Shown here: in pieces, positions 1 to 8,452 of the stretch
Position numbering within the stretch: the first letter of the stretch is position 1
Layout of the letters: each line of letters begins with the position of its first letter
DNA from: Bacteroidales bacterium
GTDB taxonomy: Bacteria > Bacteroidota > Bacteroidia > Bacteroidales > Marinifilaceae
Length of the DNA stretch: 64,000 bases
Direction: 5' to 3'
Assembly: GCA_015061245.1 (NCBI GenBank)
Contig: SUWY01000010.1
Location: 1,301 to 65,300, forward strand
The notes under the pieces: model-generated
What the model saw: only the letters and a program-made list of their open reading frames with translations
Database searches by the model: none
Told to the model about the DNA's origin: nothing
Translations under genes and position numbers: made by a program

Positions 1-263
1 ACAATGTTGCTTCGAATTTGTGCAATGCGTGGAGTGTCAATCTCGCCTTTGAATATAGCAACTCCTATTTTGTTTACACGTGTCGAATCAATCTGTTCGA
101 ATTCACGTGAACCCTCTTTTTGTACGTAGAGATATGCCCACTCTCCTTTTGGTAGAGCTCCATAGTAGTCACCTGTAATTACGTAGTATGAATTTGGGTT
201 GTTATCGGAACATCCCATTATCAATGCCACTGCCAATGTCATCAAAAAAGCAAATCTCTTCAT
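1..263 (-). CDS. Lipoprotein, N-terminal part only (gene runs off the window); N-domain resembles the DUF4369-type N-domain of the TlpA-like proteins at 38-41 kb
   Basis: Manual reverse-complement translation from the ATG at 263-261 gives MKRFAFLMTLAVALIMGCSDNNPNSYYVITGDYYGALPKGEWAYLYVQKEGSREFEQIDSTRVNKIGVAIFKGEIDTPRIAQIRSNI, open to position 1. Lipobox LIMGC. The pattern SY.(V/L).(T)G ... (I)D...V.N(G).F.G...P matches the N-termini of ORFs 38226 and 39575. Not in the ORF track because it lacks a stop in the window. Confidence 0.6.
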   Translation of the reverse strand, partial: MKRFAFLMTLAVALIMGCSDNNPNSYYVITGDYYGALPKGEWAYLYVQKEGSREFEQIDSTRVNKIGVAIFKGEIDTPRIAQIRSNI

Positions 264-277
264 ATTCCTAATTATTT

Positions 278-367
278 AACTCCTCACTCCTCACTTCTCA
301 CTCCTCACTCTCCTAACTTCTAACTTCTAACTTCTAACTCCTAACTTCTAACTCCTAACTTTTAACT
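278..367. repeat. 7-nt tandem array A (about 13 units): aactcct, cactcct, cacttct, cactcct, cactctc, then ctaactt/ctaactc x7
   Basis: Read directly and unit boundaries counted by hand. The plus strand is almost pure pyrimidine plus A. The array lies immediately upstream of the minus-strand lipoprotein ATG at 263. Confidence 0.85.
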
Positions 368-412
368 GTTCCCTCCTCACTATACTTCGTTTGGCTCACA
401 AGTTCGCCTGCA

Positions 413-617
413 CTAATAAGGGGGCTTTACTCGCTACGCTGAACCTGAACTCTACCAACCCCCAAACCCCCTTCGCCTTATTCGCTACGCTCATTACGGC
501 TAATAAGGGGGCTTTATTCGCTACGCTGAACCTGAACTCTACCAACCCCCAAACCCCCTTCGCCTTATTCGCTACGCTCATTGCGGCTAATAAGGGGGCT
601 TTACTCGCTACGCTGAA
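413..617. repeat. 87-nt tandem repeat, about 2.35 copies (413-499, 500-586, partial 587-617)
   Basis: The unit is ctaataagggggctttactcgctacgctgaacctgaactctaccaacccccaaacccccttcgccttattcgctacgctcattacgg. Copies 1 and 2 differ at 2 of 87 positions. The subrepeat t(c/t)cgctacgct occurs twice per unit. AAGGGGG and CCCCCTT within a unit are complementary. Confidence 0.9.
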
Positions 618-621
618 TATT

Positions 622-726
622 CACCTCTCACCTTATACCTTTCACCTTTCACCTTTCACCTTGTACCTCTCACCTCTCACCTTATACCTCTCGCCTCTCG
701 CCTTATACCTTTCCCCTCTCCTAACT
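622..726. repeat. 7-nt tandem array B (about 15 units of yacctyt: cacctct, cacctta, taccttt, caccttt ...)
   Basis: Read directly. The period of 7 holds across about 105 nt. The last unit overlaps the smpB stop codon (721-723). Confidence 0.85.
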
Positions 727-1194
727 ATACTTATTATGCGCTTTCATAGCGCGGTCAAGTTCCTTGCGTGAGTCATTCTTTTTGAGGGTTTCGCGCTTGT
801 CATAATCCTTCTTTCCTTTTGCAAGGGCGATATGTATCTTTGCAAACCCCTTGTCATTTAGGAATATGCGTGTTGGAACAATAGTTAAGCCACTCTCCTT
901 AACACTTCTCTCTAATTTGATAAGCTCTTTTCTGCGTAACAGAAGTTTACGTTCGCGACGCTCATTGTGATTGTAGTATGTGCCCAATTTGTATTCGGCA
1001 ATGTATAGACCTTTACACCACAATTCTCCGCGGTGAAAGTAGCAGTATGAATCATTCATGCTGGCTTTGCCTGCACGAATCGATTTGATTTCGGTTCCTG
1101 TAAGAACCATGCCGGCATCGTACTCCTCGATAAATTCATAGTCGAATGATGCTCTTTTGTTGCGTATATTTAATTTGTTTTTTGGGTCGCTCAT
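721..1194 (-). CDS. smpB: SsrA-binding protein SmpB
   Basis: 157-aa ORF. The translation has the SmpB hallmarks ([38 protein letters not shown], basic C-terminal tail). Confidence 0.95.
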   Translation of the reverse strand: MSDPKNKLNIRNKRASFDYEFIEEYDAGMVLTGTEIKSIRAGKASMNDSYCYFHRGELWCKGLYIAEYKLGTYYNHNERRERKLLLRRKELIKLERSVKESGLTIVPTRIFLNDKGFAKIHIALAKGKKDYDKRETLKKNDSRKELDRAMKAHNKYS

Positions 1195-1769
1195 GATATT
1201 GGTAAATTAAAGAACAGATTTAAGATCCGTTGTATTAAAAATGGGAATGTAACTGTTGTTACGCCAATCAATATAATTGTGTTTAACTTTATTCCTTGCT
1301 CAATGTCCGGTGATGATAGCGTTCCTGCTATGATTGTTCTGATTGAGTAATACAGTGCAATAGCCCCGGCAATAAAACGCCATATATGCAACTCATTTGC
1401 ATAAAAGAGCGATATGGGAACTATAAAGAGAGTGAAGCTGTTTATGATTAGCGGAGCCATGTAGCTCTCTCTTGAATTGCCTAATGGAGAGTCTGTTACA
1501 TAGTAACACGCAATGCCAAGTACACTCCATGCTCCCAAATATAGCGATACAAAATTTATTATGGTTTTGGCAATGGCAATATACCAGGAGTAGTCAATAG
1601 ATAGCACAAAAAATGATGGTATAGAGGCTAATATAAGAATTGGAAGCATGTAGCGATTAATCATGCGACGAGCAGCACCCGATTTCTCTGCAGTTTGGAC
1701 TGAGAATTTCCCCGGGTGTAGATATAGTGTTATGCAATTACGCCAAGCCTCTTTAATTTCGTTGTGCAT
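1191..1769 (-). CDS. Integral membrane protein, about 5 TM segments (Yip1-like; family call tentative)
   Basis: 192-aa hydrophobic ORF overlapping the smpB start by 4 nt, so probably co-transcribed. Confidence 0.7.
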   Translation of the reverse strand: MHNEIKEAWRNCITLYLHPGKFSVQTAEKSGAARRMINRYMLPILILASIPSFFVLSIDYSWYIAIAKTIINFVSLYLGAWSVLGIACYYVTDSPLGNSRESYMAPLIINSFTLFIVPISLFYANELHIWRFIAGAIALYYSIRTIIAGTLSSPDIEQGIKLNTIILIGVTTVTFPFLIQRILNLFFNLPIS

Positions 1770-1810
1770 TTTTTTTATTCAAACAGCTTTAATATCCCTA
1801 TTCAATTGTG

Positions 1811-1818
1811 CAAAATTA
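1811..1818 (-). promoter_or_regulatory. Bacteroidota -7 promoter box TAATTTTG (minus strand) for the membrane protein-smpB operon
   Basis: Plus-strand CAAAATTA is an exact match to TAnnTTTG on the minus strand, 41 nt upstream of the start codon at 1769. Confidence 0.45.
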
Positions 1819-1919
1819 TAAATTTTTATGGAATAGTATAGGCGCTTTAATCTATTTGTTGAGTACAAACTCAATGGTGGCGCGGATTACAGCGAGTTAA
1901 AAAATATTTTTATAAAAAA

Positions 1920-1945
1920 GTGGGATAAAGTGGGATAATGTGGTA
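1920..1945 (+). promoter_or_regulatory. Putative MraZ operator: three direct repeats GTGGGA / GTGGGA / GTGGTA with exact 10-bp phasing
   Basis: The sequence gtgggataaa gtgggataat gtggtaaag lies 38-63 nt upstream of the mraZ ATG. It matches the GTGG(G) direct-repeat operator architecture described for MraZ autoregulation. Confidence 0.55.
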
Positions 1946-1982
1946 AAGTTTTTATAATTTTACGCTGTATAGTTATCTGAGT

Positions 1983-2429
1983 ATGTTAGCATTTATTGGA
2001 GTATATAATTGTAAGGCGGACAGTAAGTTCCGTGTTTCTGTTCCGGCAATGTTTCGTAAGGTTGCCGATTCAGAGATGCAGAACGTGTGGATTATTCGTC
2101 GTAGCTCTACAGATAACTGTATTGACATGTATCCGCTTAGTGTGTGGAGCGAGTTTCAGCAGAAACTTCGCACTAAGCTTAATCCTATGAAACCTCAGCA
2201 CGCAACATTCTTAAGAGAGTTCTATAGAGATGTGCATATTTTGGAGGCAGATTCCAATGGAAGAATCCTTCTGCCTAAAGCTCTTCTTTTGGAGGTTGGG
2301 ATTGATAAAGAGATGGTGATGGCCGGCTTGGATAACAAGATTCAGATATGGAATCCAGAGTGTTATGAAGCGTTGCGAATGCCACACGAGGAGCTGGCTC
2401 AGCTTATTCAGGAAATTTTTAACGATTAG
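1983..2429 (+). CDS. mraZ: Transcriptional regulator MraZ
   Basis: 148 aa. The N-terminus (…KADSKFRVSVPAMFRK) and second half (DSNGRILLPKALL) give the duplicated SpoVT/AbrB-like MraZ signature. First gene of the dcw cluster. Confidence 0.95.
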   Translation: MLAFIGVYNCKADSKFRVSVPAMFRKVADSEMQNVWIIRRSSTDNCIDMYPLSVWSEFQQKLRTKLNPMKPQHATFLREFYRDVHILEADSNGRILLPKALLLEVGIDKEMVMAGLDNKIQIWNPECYEALRMPHEELAQLIQEIFND

Positions 2430-2432
2430 AGT

Positions 2433-3341
2433 ATGTCAGAATATCACGTTCCGGTTTTGTTAAAACCGTCGGTTGATGGATTGGATATTCATCCCGGTGG
2501 GAAGTATATGGATTTGACCTTTGGAGGTGGTGGCCATTCCCGTGAAATCTTATCGCGTTTGGATAGTGATTCTCAGCTTATGGCTTTCGATCAGGATGTC
2601 GATGCAATTGCAAATTTGCCAGAGGATGAGAGGTTGATTTTTGTGAACCATAATTTCCGCTATTTGGCTAACTTTATGCGTTACTATGGTTGGGACGGAG
2701 TTGATGGTATTTTGGCAGATTTGGGAGTTTCATCGCATGAGTTTGATGAGGCTGATCGAGGCTTCTCGTTCCGTTTTGATGCACCTTTGGATATGCGCAT
2801 GAATCAGAGTGCGGATTTAACTGCCGAGAGGGTTTTGAATGAGTATAGTGTTGATGATTTGAAGAGAATCTTTGCCGATTACGGAGAGATTGATGGTGCA
2901 TATAGAGTGGCAAGTGCTATTGTTCGTTACCGAGAGGAGAGTGAGTTGAAAACTTCCGGCGATTTGCATAAAGCTGTTGAGCGTTTTATTCCTCGTGAGA
3001 AGGAGAAGAAGTTCCTGGCTAAGTTGTATCAGGCTCTTAGAATTGAGGTTAATGGAGAGTTGGAGGTGCTCGAGGAGATGCTTTCAAGTGCAATGAGAGT
3101 TTTGAAACCGGGTGGACGTTTGTCGGTTATTACATATCACTCTCTTGAGGATAGATTGGTTAAGAACTTCTTTAAGTCGGGTAATGCCCAGGGTAAGGTG
3201 GAGAAGGATCCTATTACGGGCAGTGTGAATTTTGACTTCAAGGAGGTGAATCGCAAGGTTATTATTCCAAGCGATGAGGAGATAGCTTTGAATCCTCGCT
3301 CAAGAAGTGCTAAGTTAAGAATTTTGGAGAAGTTGAGATAG
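2433..3341 (+). CDS. rsmH: 16S rRNA (cytosine1402-N4)-methyltransferase RsmH
   Basis: 302 aa. Contains HVPVLL, DLTFGGGGHS, DLGVSSHEFD, and a RSRSAKLR C-terminus. Position after mraZ. Confidence 0.95.
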   Translation: MSEYHVPVLLKPSVDGLDIHPGGKYMDLTFGGGGHSREILSRLDSDSQLMAFDQDVDAIANLPEDERLIFVNHNFRYLANFMRYYGWDGVDGILADLGVSSHEFDEADRGFSFRFDAPLDMRMNQSADLTAERVLNEYSVDDLKRIFADYGEIDGAYRVASAIVRYREESELKTSGDLHKAVERFIPREKEKKFLAKLYQALRIEVNGELEVLEEMLSSAMRVLKPGGRLSVITYHSLEDRLVKNFFKSGNAQGKVEKDPITGSVNFDFKEVNRKVIIPSDEEIALNPRSRSAKLRILEKLR

Positions 3342-3342
3342 T

Positions 3343-3702
3343 ATGGTTAGTAAGATAAAGGAGTGGCTCTCGGCAGAGTCGGTATCTCAAACGTTGAAAG
3401 CGGCCTTCGATGACAAGATTCAGGATATTGATTTGACTGGAAAGGTTGCGAAGAATAGTTTGAATATTATTGTGATTTTTCTGTTGACTATTTTGTATGT
3501 GGCAAATGGTTACTCAATGGAGAAGTTGCAGCGTGAGCATAACAGATTGGAGAGTCAGGTTAACGAGTTGAGATTGCGTGCTGTTGCAACCAATGCAGAG
3601 TTGATGATTTTGCAGAAGGCATCGAATATTTCACAGAGTGTTCAAAATACAGGATTGGAGTTAAAACCGAGCAATGTTGCTCCATATAAATTGAAACGCT
3701 GA
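3343..3702 (+). CDS. ftsL: FtsL-like cell-division protein (bitopic, coiled coil)
   Basis: 119 aa with a single TM segment (LNIIVIFLLTILYVANGY) followed by a leucine-rich coiled coil. Sits in the conserved slot between rsmH and ftsI. Confidence 0.6.
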   Translation: MVSKIKEWLSAESVSQTLKAAFDDKIQDIDLTGKVAKNSLNIIVIFLLTILYVANGYSMEKLQREHNRLESQVNELRLRAVATNAELMILQKASNISQSVQNTGLELKPSNVAPYKLKR

Positions 3703-3703
3703 T

Positions 3704-5842
3704 ATGGCAGGAGAGGGACAAAACGTACAGAGAGGTAAGCGAGGTAGCGCCAGGCAGGAGTTGATTCTAAGAATGGGAATTATTCTTGTCTTGGTTTTGT
3801 GTGCCTTTGTGGCGGTGGCGTTGAGAAGTTTTACCTTGATGACCGTGAAACGAGACTCTCTTATGCAGTATGCCTATAAAGAGACTACAGTTGAGATTCC
3901 TGCGCGCAGAGGTGATATCTTGGCTGCAAATGGGGTGCCTTTGGCAACATCGGTTCCGTTCTATGATATATTTGTAGATATGCGAGAGAATCACATGCAT
4001 GATACAATATTTTATCGCGGAGTTGATAGTTTGGCGCTATGTTTGGCAAATCTGTTCGGGGATAAGGATAAGGCCTCGTACAAGGCATTATTGAACAGAT
4101 CCCGCGATAAGAATAATGGTCATTTATTGATTCATAGAAGAGCAACCTACAATGAGTTGATGGTAATGAAGGGATTCCCTATTTTTAGGCGAGGTCGTCC
4201 GCGTGGAGGTTATATTGTTGAGGAGCGCTCGGAGCGTGTAAGACCTTTGGGTGATATAGGTGCAAGAGTTATAGGTGGCTGTTACCGAAATAATGGAGAG
4301 GGGCACTCCGGATTGGAACTCTATTTTAATGAGCAGTTAAAGGGAGTTCCGGGCGAGGCTTTGGTTCAACGGGCATCGGGTTCTACTATCAAGTCTACAG
4401 TTCTTGAACCTGAAGATGGAGTTACTCTGTTGACAACAATTGATGTTGAGTTGCAAGATGCGCTTAGCTCTTCGTTAATGAAGCATATGATTTATCAGCG
4501 TGCAGATAAGGGGTGTGCCATTTTGATGGAGGTTGAGACCGGAGATATAAAGGCTATCTCCAATTTGTCAAAAGTGGGCGATGGTATTTATGCAGAGAAT
4601 GAGAATATGGCGGTTGAAGGTTTGGGTGAGCCCGGTTCTGTAATGAAAGCTGCAACTTCTATAGCCTTTTTTGAGGATGGATTATTAGCTCCAAATGATA
4701 CTGTGCGCTTAGGAGGTAAGGGGTATTATGTATTTGGCGGAAAGCGTATTACCGATTCTGAGGGGCACGAAGGAATGGATGCTGTGTCGGTGAAGGATAT
4801 GTTTAAATATTCGCTTAACGGAATCTCATTGGTAGCCAATAATTTCTATGGCAAGGAGCCGGCTAAGCTTATCGACCATTGGTACGATATGAAGCTAAAT
4901 GAGAGAACCGGAATTACATTGAAAGGTGAACCTCGTCCGGATATAAAGCATCCAAATGATTCAACATGGGATCGCCATTTTAATAATTTGCCATGGATGT
5001 CTATCGGTTATAGTGTAACCTTGACGCCAATGCAGTTATGTGCCTTTTACAATGCGATAGCAAATGGCGGTCAGCGTATGAAACCAAGGTTGGTAAAGGA
5101 GATTCACCGAGGTGAAGAGGTGTTGGAGTATATCCCGATAGAGGAGGTTGGGTCGAAGATGTATGGAGCTCAGACCAGGGAGTATATGGATACGCTGCTG
5201 TTGGCTGTAGTTGAGGATGAGGGAGGAACGGGACGCAGAATTAAAAGTAAAAATTATAAGATTGCAGGTAAAACGGGAACAGCCCATATCTCTCAAGGTA
5301 GAGCAGGATATGCAAACGGTAAGCGTTGTACTTTTGCCGGATATTTCCCGGCAGATGATCCCAAGTACACCTGTGTAGTTGTAATAGATTTTCCTCGAGT
5401 AAACAGATCCGGAGCTGCGGTATCGGCTCCAGTGTTTAAGGAGATTGCAGACAGAGCGGTTGCAATTATGGCTCGAGAGATTGAGATGGTCAATAACGAT
5501 GATATGGTTATTGCAACTCTTCCTGCAACTAAAAATGGTTATGCTGACGATTTGGAGAAGGTGTGCAACGAGTTTGATATTGAGATAAATCACGTTTCTG
5601 ATGGCGAGTGGGTTAAGGTTGCCGAGAGTAAAGAGGGTAATGCTCTTAATTTTGAGCATTTGACATTGAAGGAGGGGCTTGTCCCGAATGTTGTAGGAAT
5701 GGGAGTTCGTGATGCGGTCTATTTGATAGAGAATGCCGGAATGCGGTGTTCTGTTTCAGGGGTAGGCAGAGTATATTCTCAATCAATACCGTCAGGTTCG
5801 AGAGTTGTAAAAGGTAGAGAGGTTCAGTTGCGATTAAGATAA
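3704..5842 (+). CDS. ftsI: Penicillin-binding protein (class B transpeptidase, FtsI/PBP3-like)
   Basis: 712 aa with an N-terminal TM segment. Transpeptidase motifs SVMK (SxxK), SLN (SxN) and KTGTA are present. Confidence 0.9.
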   Translation: MAGEGQNVQRGKRGSARQELILRMGIILVLVLCAFVAVALRSFTLMTVKRDSLMQYAYKETTVEIPARRGDILAANGVPLATSVPFYDIFVDMRENHMHDTIFYRGVDSLALCLANLFGDKDKASYKALLNRSRDKNNGHLLIHRRATYNELMVMKGFPIFRRGRPRGGYIVEERSERVRPLGDIGARVIGGCYRNNGEGHSGLELYFNEQLKGVPGEALVQRASGSTIKSTVLEPEDGVTLLTTIDVELQDALSSSLMKHMIYQRADKGCAILMEVETGDIKAISNLSKVGDGIYAENENMAVEGLGEPGSVMKAATSIAFFEDGLLAPNDTVRLGGKGYYVFGGKRITDSEGHEGMDAVSVKDMFKYSLNGISLVANNFYGKEPAKLIDHWYDMKLNERTGITLKGEPRPDIKHPNDSTWDRHFNNLPWMSIGYSVTLTPMQLCAFYNAIANGGQRMKPRLVKEIHRGEEVLEYIPIEEVGSKMYGAQTREYMDTLLLAVVEDEGGTGRRIKSKNYKIAGKTGTAHISQGRAGYANGKRCTFAGYFPADDPKYTCVVVIDFPRVNRSGAAVSAPVFKEIADRAVAIMAREIEMVNNDDMVIATLPATKNGYADDLEKVCNEFDIEINHVSDGEWVKVAESKEGNALNFEHLTLKEGLVPNVVGMGVRDAVYLIENAGMRCSVSGVGRVYSQSIPSGSRVVKGREVQLRLR

Positions 5843-5847
5843 CAATT

Positions 5848-7296
5848 ATGAAGATAAGTGCATTGTTGAGTGGAGTTACCACTTTAACTTCGGGTTTTAA
5901 TGGAGATGTTGAGGTTTCCGGAATCCATTTTGATTCCAGAAAGGTTGATAGAGGTTCAATGTTCGTGGCGGTTTGTGGTTACAATGTTGATGGACATAAC
6001 TACATAGCATCGGCAATTGAACGGGGGGCTGTGGCAATTGTTTGTCAAAGAGTGCCAGATGAGCAGACTTTGGGTGTTGAGTATATTGTTGTTGAGGATA
6101 GTTCATTGGCTTTAGGTGTGATTGCATCTAATATGTATGACAACCCATCACGTAAAATGAAACTTGTAGGGGTAACAGGAACGAATGGTAAGACAACAAC
6201 TGCAACCCTAATGTATAAGATGGCTCGTCTTATGGGTTATAAGGCAGGATTGTTATCGACTGTATGTAACTATATTGACGATGAGAAGGTTCCGTCAACA
6301 CATACAACTCCCGATCCAATCGCTATCAATTCATTGATGGCTAAGATGGTTCAAGCAGGGTGTGAGTATTGTTTTATGGAGGTAAGTTCTCATTCTGCAC
6401 ATCAGCATAGAATTGCAGGATTGGATTTTGATGGAGCAATGTTTTCAAATATAACCCATGACCATCTGGATTACCATAAAACATTTAAGAACTATATTGA
6501 GGCCAAGAAGATCTTTTTTGATAATCTTAAGAGCGATGCATTTGCTTTGACCAATCTTGATGATAAGAATGGTATGGTTATGTTGCAAAACACAAAGGCA
6601 AAACGCTATACCTACTCATGTAAGAGAATGGCCGATTTTAATGCCAAAGTGATAGAAAGGCATTTGGATTCAACTCTTTTGGAGTTGGATGGAGAACAGG
6701 TATGGACAAAATTTACAGGCGATTTCAATGCCTATAACCTGTTGGTTGTCTACGCAACCTCAATATTGTTGGGTTTTGCCAAAGATGAGGTTCTTGAAAA
6801 AATCAGTATCTTGGCTCCGGTTGAGGGACGATTTGAGACAATTGTTTCAAAAAGTGGTGTGGTTGCAGTAGTTGATTATGCTCACACTCCCGATGCAGTT
6901 GAGAATGTCTTAAAGACTCTGCAGGCTTTGAAGCGTGATAATAGAATTATTACAGTTGTGGGTGCCGGAGGCGATAGAGATAAAACCAAGCGTCCTGAGA
7001 TGGCGAAGGCTGCATGCGAATTGAGTGATGTGGTAATCCTTACCTCTGATAATCCAAGATCAGAGGAGCCGATGGATATCCTTAACGATATGGTTGCAGG
7101 AGTGCCTGCAGCTAGTACTGAATCCGTTAGGGTTGTTGTCGATAGAGCAGAAGCGATAGGCGAGGCTATTAAGATGGCTGTCAGTGGAGATATTATCCTT
7201 GTTGCCGGTAAGGGACATGAGGATTATCAAGAGATCAAGGGGGTAAAGTATCACTTCTCTGATAAAGAGGTTATTGGTGAAATATTTAATTCATAA
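5848..7296 (+). CDS. murE: UDP-N-acetylmuramoyl-L-alanyl-D-glutamate--2,6-diaminopimelate ligase MurE
   Basis: 482 aa. Contains [11 protein letters not shown] (P-loop), a DNPR motif (TSDNPRSE) and GKGHE. Confidence 0.95.
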   Translation: MKISALLSGVTTLTSGFNGDVEVSGIHFDSRKVDRGSMFVAVCGYNVDGHNYIASAIERGAVAIVCQRVPDEQTLGVEYIVVEDSSLALGVIASNMYDNPSRKMKLVGVTGTNGKTTTATLMYKMARLMGYKAGLLSTVCNYIDDEKVPSTHTTPDPIAINSLMAKMVQAGCEYCFMEVSSHSAHQHRIAGLDFDGAMFSNITHDHLDYHKTFKNYIEAKKIFFDNLKSDAFALTNLDDKNGMVMLQNTKAKRYTYSCKRMADFNAKVIERHLDSTLLELDGEQVWTKFTGDFNAYNLLVVYATSILLGFAKDEVLEKISILAPVEGRFETIVSKSGVVAVVDYAHTPDAVENVLKTLQALKRDNRIITVVGAGGDRDKTKRPEMAKAACELSDVVILTSDNPRSEEPMDILNDMVAGVPAASTESVRVVVDRAEAIGEAIKMAVSGDIILVAGKGHEDYQEIKGVKYHFSDKEVIGEIFNS

Positions 7297-7301
7297 ACGA
7301 C

Positions 7302-8447
7302 ATGTTATACAGTTTGTTCGAGTTATTGCAGGAGTTGGATGTGCCGGGTGCGGGAGTCTTTAAATATGTGACATTCCGTGCTGCGATGGCGGCTATTTTA
7401 TCGCTCTATTTATCAATTATAGTGGGTAAAAGGGTGATAAAGGTGTTGAAGAGACAGCAGATTGGCGAGGAGATTCGCGATTTGGGACTTGAGGGTCAGA
7501 TGGAGAAGAAGGGAACCCCGACAATGGGAGGAGTTATAATCATCAGCTCAATTTTGATACCGGTTCTTTTGTTGGCCAGATTGTCAAACCCCTACATCAT
7601 AATTATGTTGGTGACAACGATATGGTTGGGAGTTTTAGGTTTTGCTGATGACTATATTAAAGTTTTCCGTAAGGATAAGGAGGGCATGCATGGCCGATTT
7701 AAAATTGTTGGCCAAATAGGGTTAGGAGTTATTGTTGCTGTATCACTTTACTATATCAATAAGGGGGCGGATATAATGACAACAATTCCTTTCTTTAAAA
7801 ATAATGAGTTTAACTATATGTGGCTGACCTCGTGGGCAGGAGATTATAGTAATATTTTGGGTTGGATTGTCTTTGGTCTTTTAGTGATATTTGTTGTAAC
7901 AGCGGTATCGAATGGAGCAAATCTCACAGATGGTTTGGATGGTTTGGCGGCCGGAACCACAGCGCCGGTGGCAGGAACATTGGCAATTTTGGCATACGTA
8001 ACAGGTAGTGTGGTTTGGGCTAACTATTTGGATATCATGTATGTGCCTCGAGTAGAGGAGTTGGCAATATATGGAGCGGCTTTCTTTGGCGCTACAGTGG
8101 GATTCTTGTGGCATAACTCTCATCCTGCTCAGGTCTTTATGGGTGATACCGGAAGTTTGACTATTGGCGGTGTTGTGGCAGTATTTGCAATTATAATTCA
8201 TAAAGAGTTGTTGCTTCCTATTTTGGTAGGAGTATATTTGGTTGAGAATCTGTCGGTTATTATTCAGGTTTCATACTTTAAGTATACAAAGAAAAAGTAT
8301 GGCGAGGGACGTAGAATATTCTTAATGTCTCCTTTGCACCATCACTATCAGAAAAAAGGAATTGCCGAGACTAAGATTGTGGTACGTTTCTGGCTTATTG
8401 CAATTCTATTGGCAGTTGTAACATTGGCAACATTGAAAATCAGATAA
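7302..8447 (+). CDS. mraY: Phospho-N-acetylmuramoyl-pentapeptide transferase MraY
   Basis: 381-aa polytopic membrane protein. Contains [29 protein letters not shown] and PLHHH motifs. Confidence 0.95.
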   Translation: MLYSLFELLQELDVPGAGVFKYVTFRAAMAAILSLYLSIIVGKRVIKVLKRQQIGEEIRDLGLEGQMEKKGTPTMGGVIIISSILIPVLLLARLSNPYIIIMLVTTIWLGVLGFADDYIKVFRKDKEGMHGRFKIVGQIGLGVIVAVSLYYINKGADIMTTIPFFKNNEFNYMWLTSWAGDYSNILGWIVFGLLVIFVVTAVSNGANLTDGLDGLAAGTTAPVAGTLAILAYVTGSVVWANYLDIMYVPRVEELAIYGAAFFGATVGFLWHNSHPAQVFMGDTGSLTIGGVVAVFAIIIHKELLLPILVGVYLVENLSVIIQVSYFKYTKKKYGEGRRIFLMSPLHHHYQKKGIAETKIVVRFWLIAILLAVVTLATLKIR

Positions 8448-8452
8448 ACGAT

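Noticed and set aside
413-617. Possible CRISPR array
   Set aside because: The 87-nt units abut directly with no unique spacers. The unit is far longer than CRISPR repeats, and there are no cas genes in the window.
391-771. 126-aa plus-strand ORF (and the 61-aa minus-strand ORF at 396-581) running through the repeat module, with 29-aa and 7-aa peptide repeats
   Set aside because: The ORF stays open only because the pyrimidine-rich repeats cannot form stop codons. It has a non-ATG start, no promoter box and no signal or known motif. Its 3' end overlaps smpB on the opposite strand. The 87-nt period being a multiple of 3 is noted but is not enough.
1996-2190. 64-aa alternative-frame ORF inside mraZ
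   Set aside because: It is out of frame within a well-supported mraZ gene and has no motifs.
5036-5659. Long antisense ORFs inside ftsI (207 aa), ftsZ copy 2 (16894-17403, 169 aa), mfd (60090-60599, 169 aa), lysS (27086-27538, 150 aa), and many shorter ones
   Set aside because: These are shadow ORFs opposite strongly supported genes. Their translations are low-complexity (rich in L, I, S, C, H), with no motifs and no promoter boxes.
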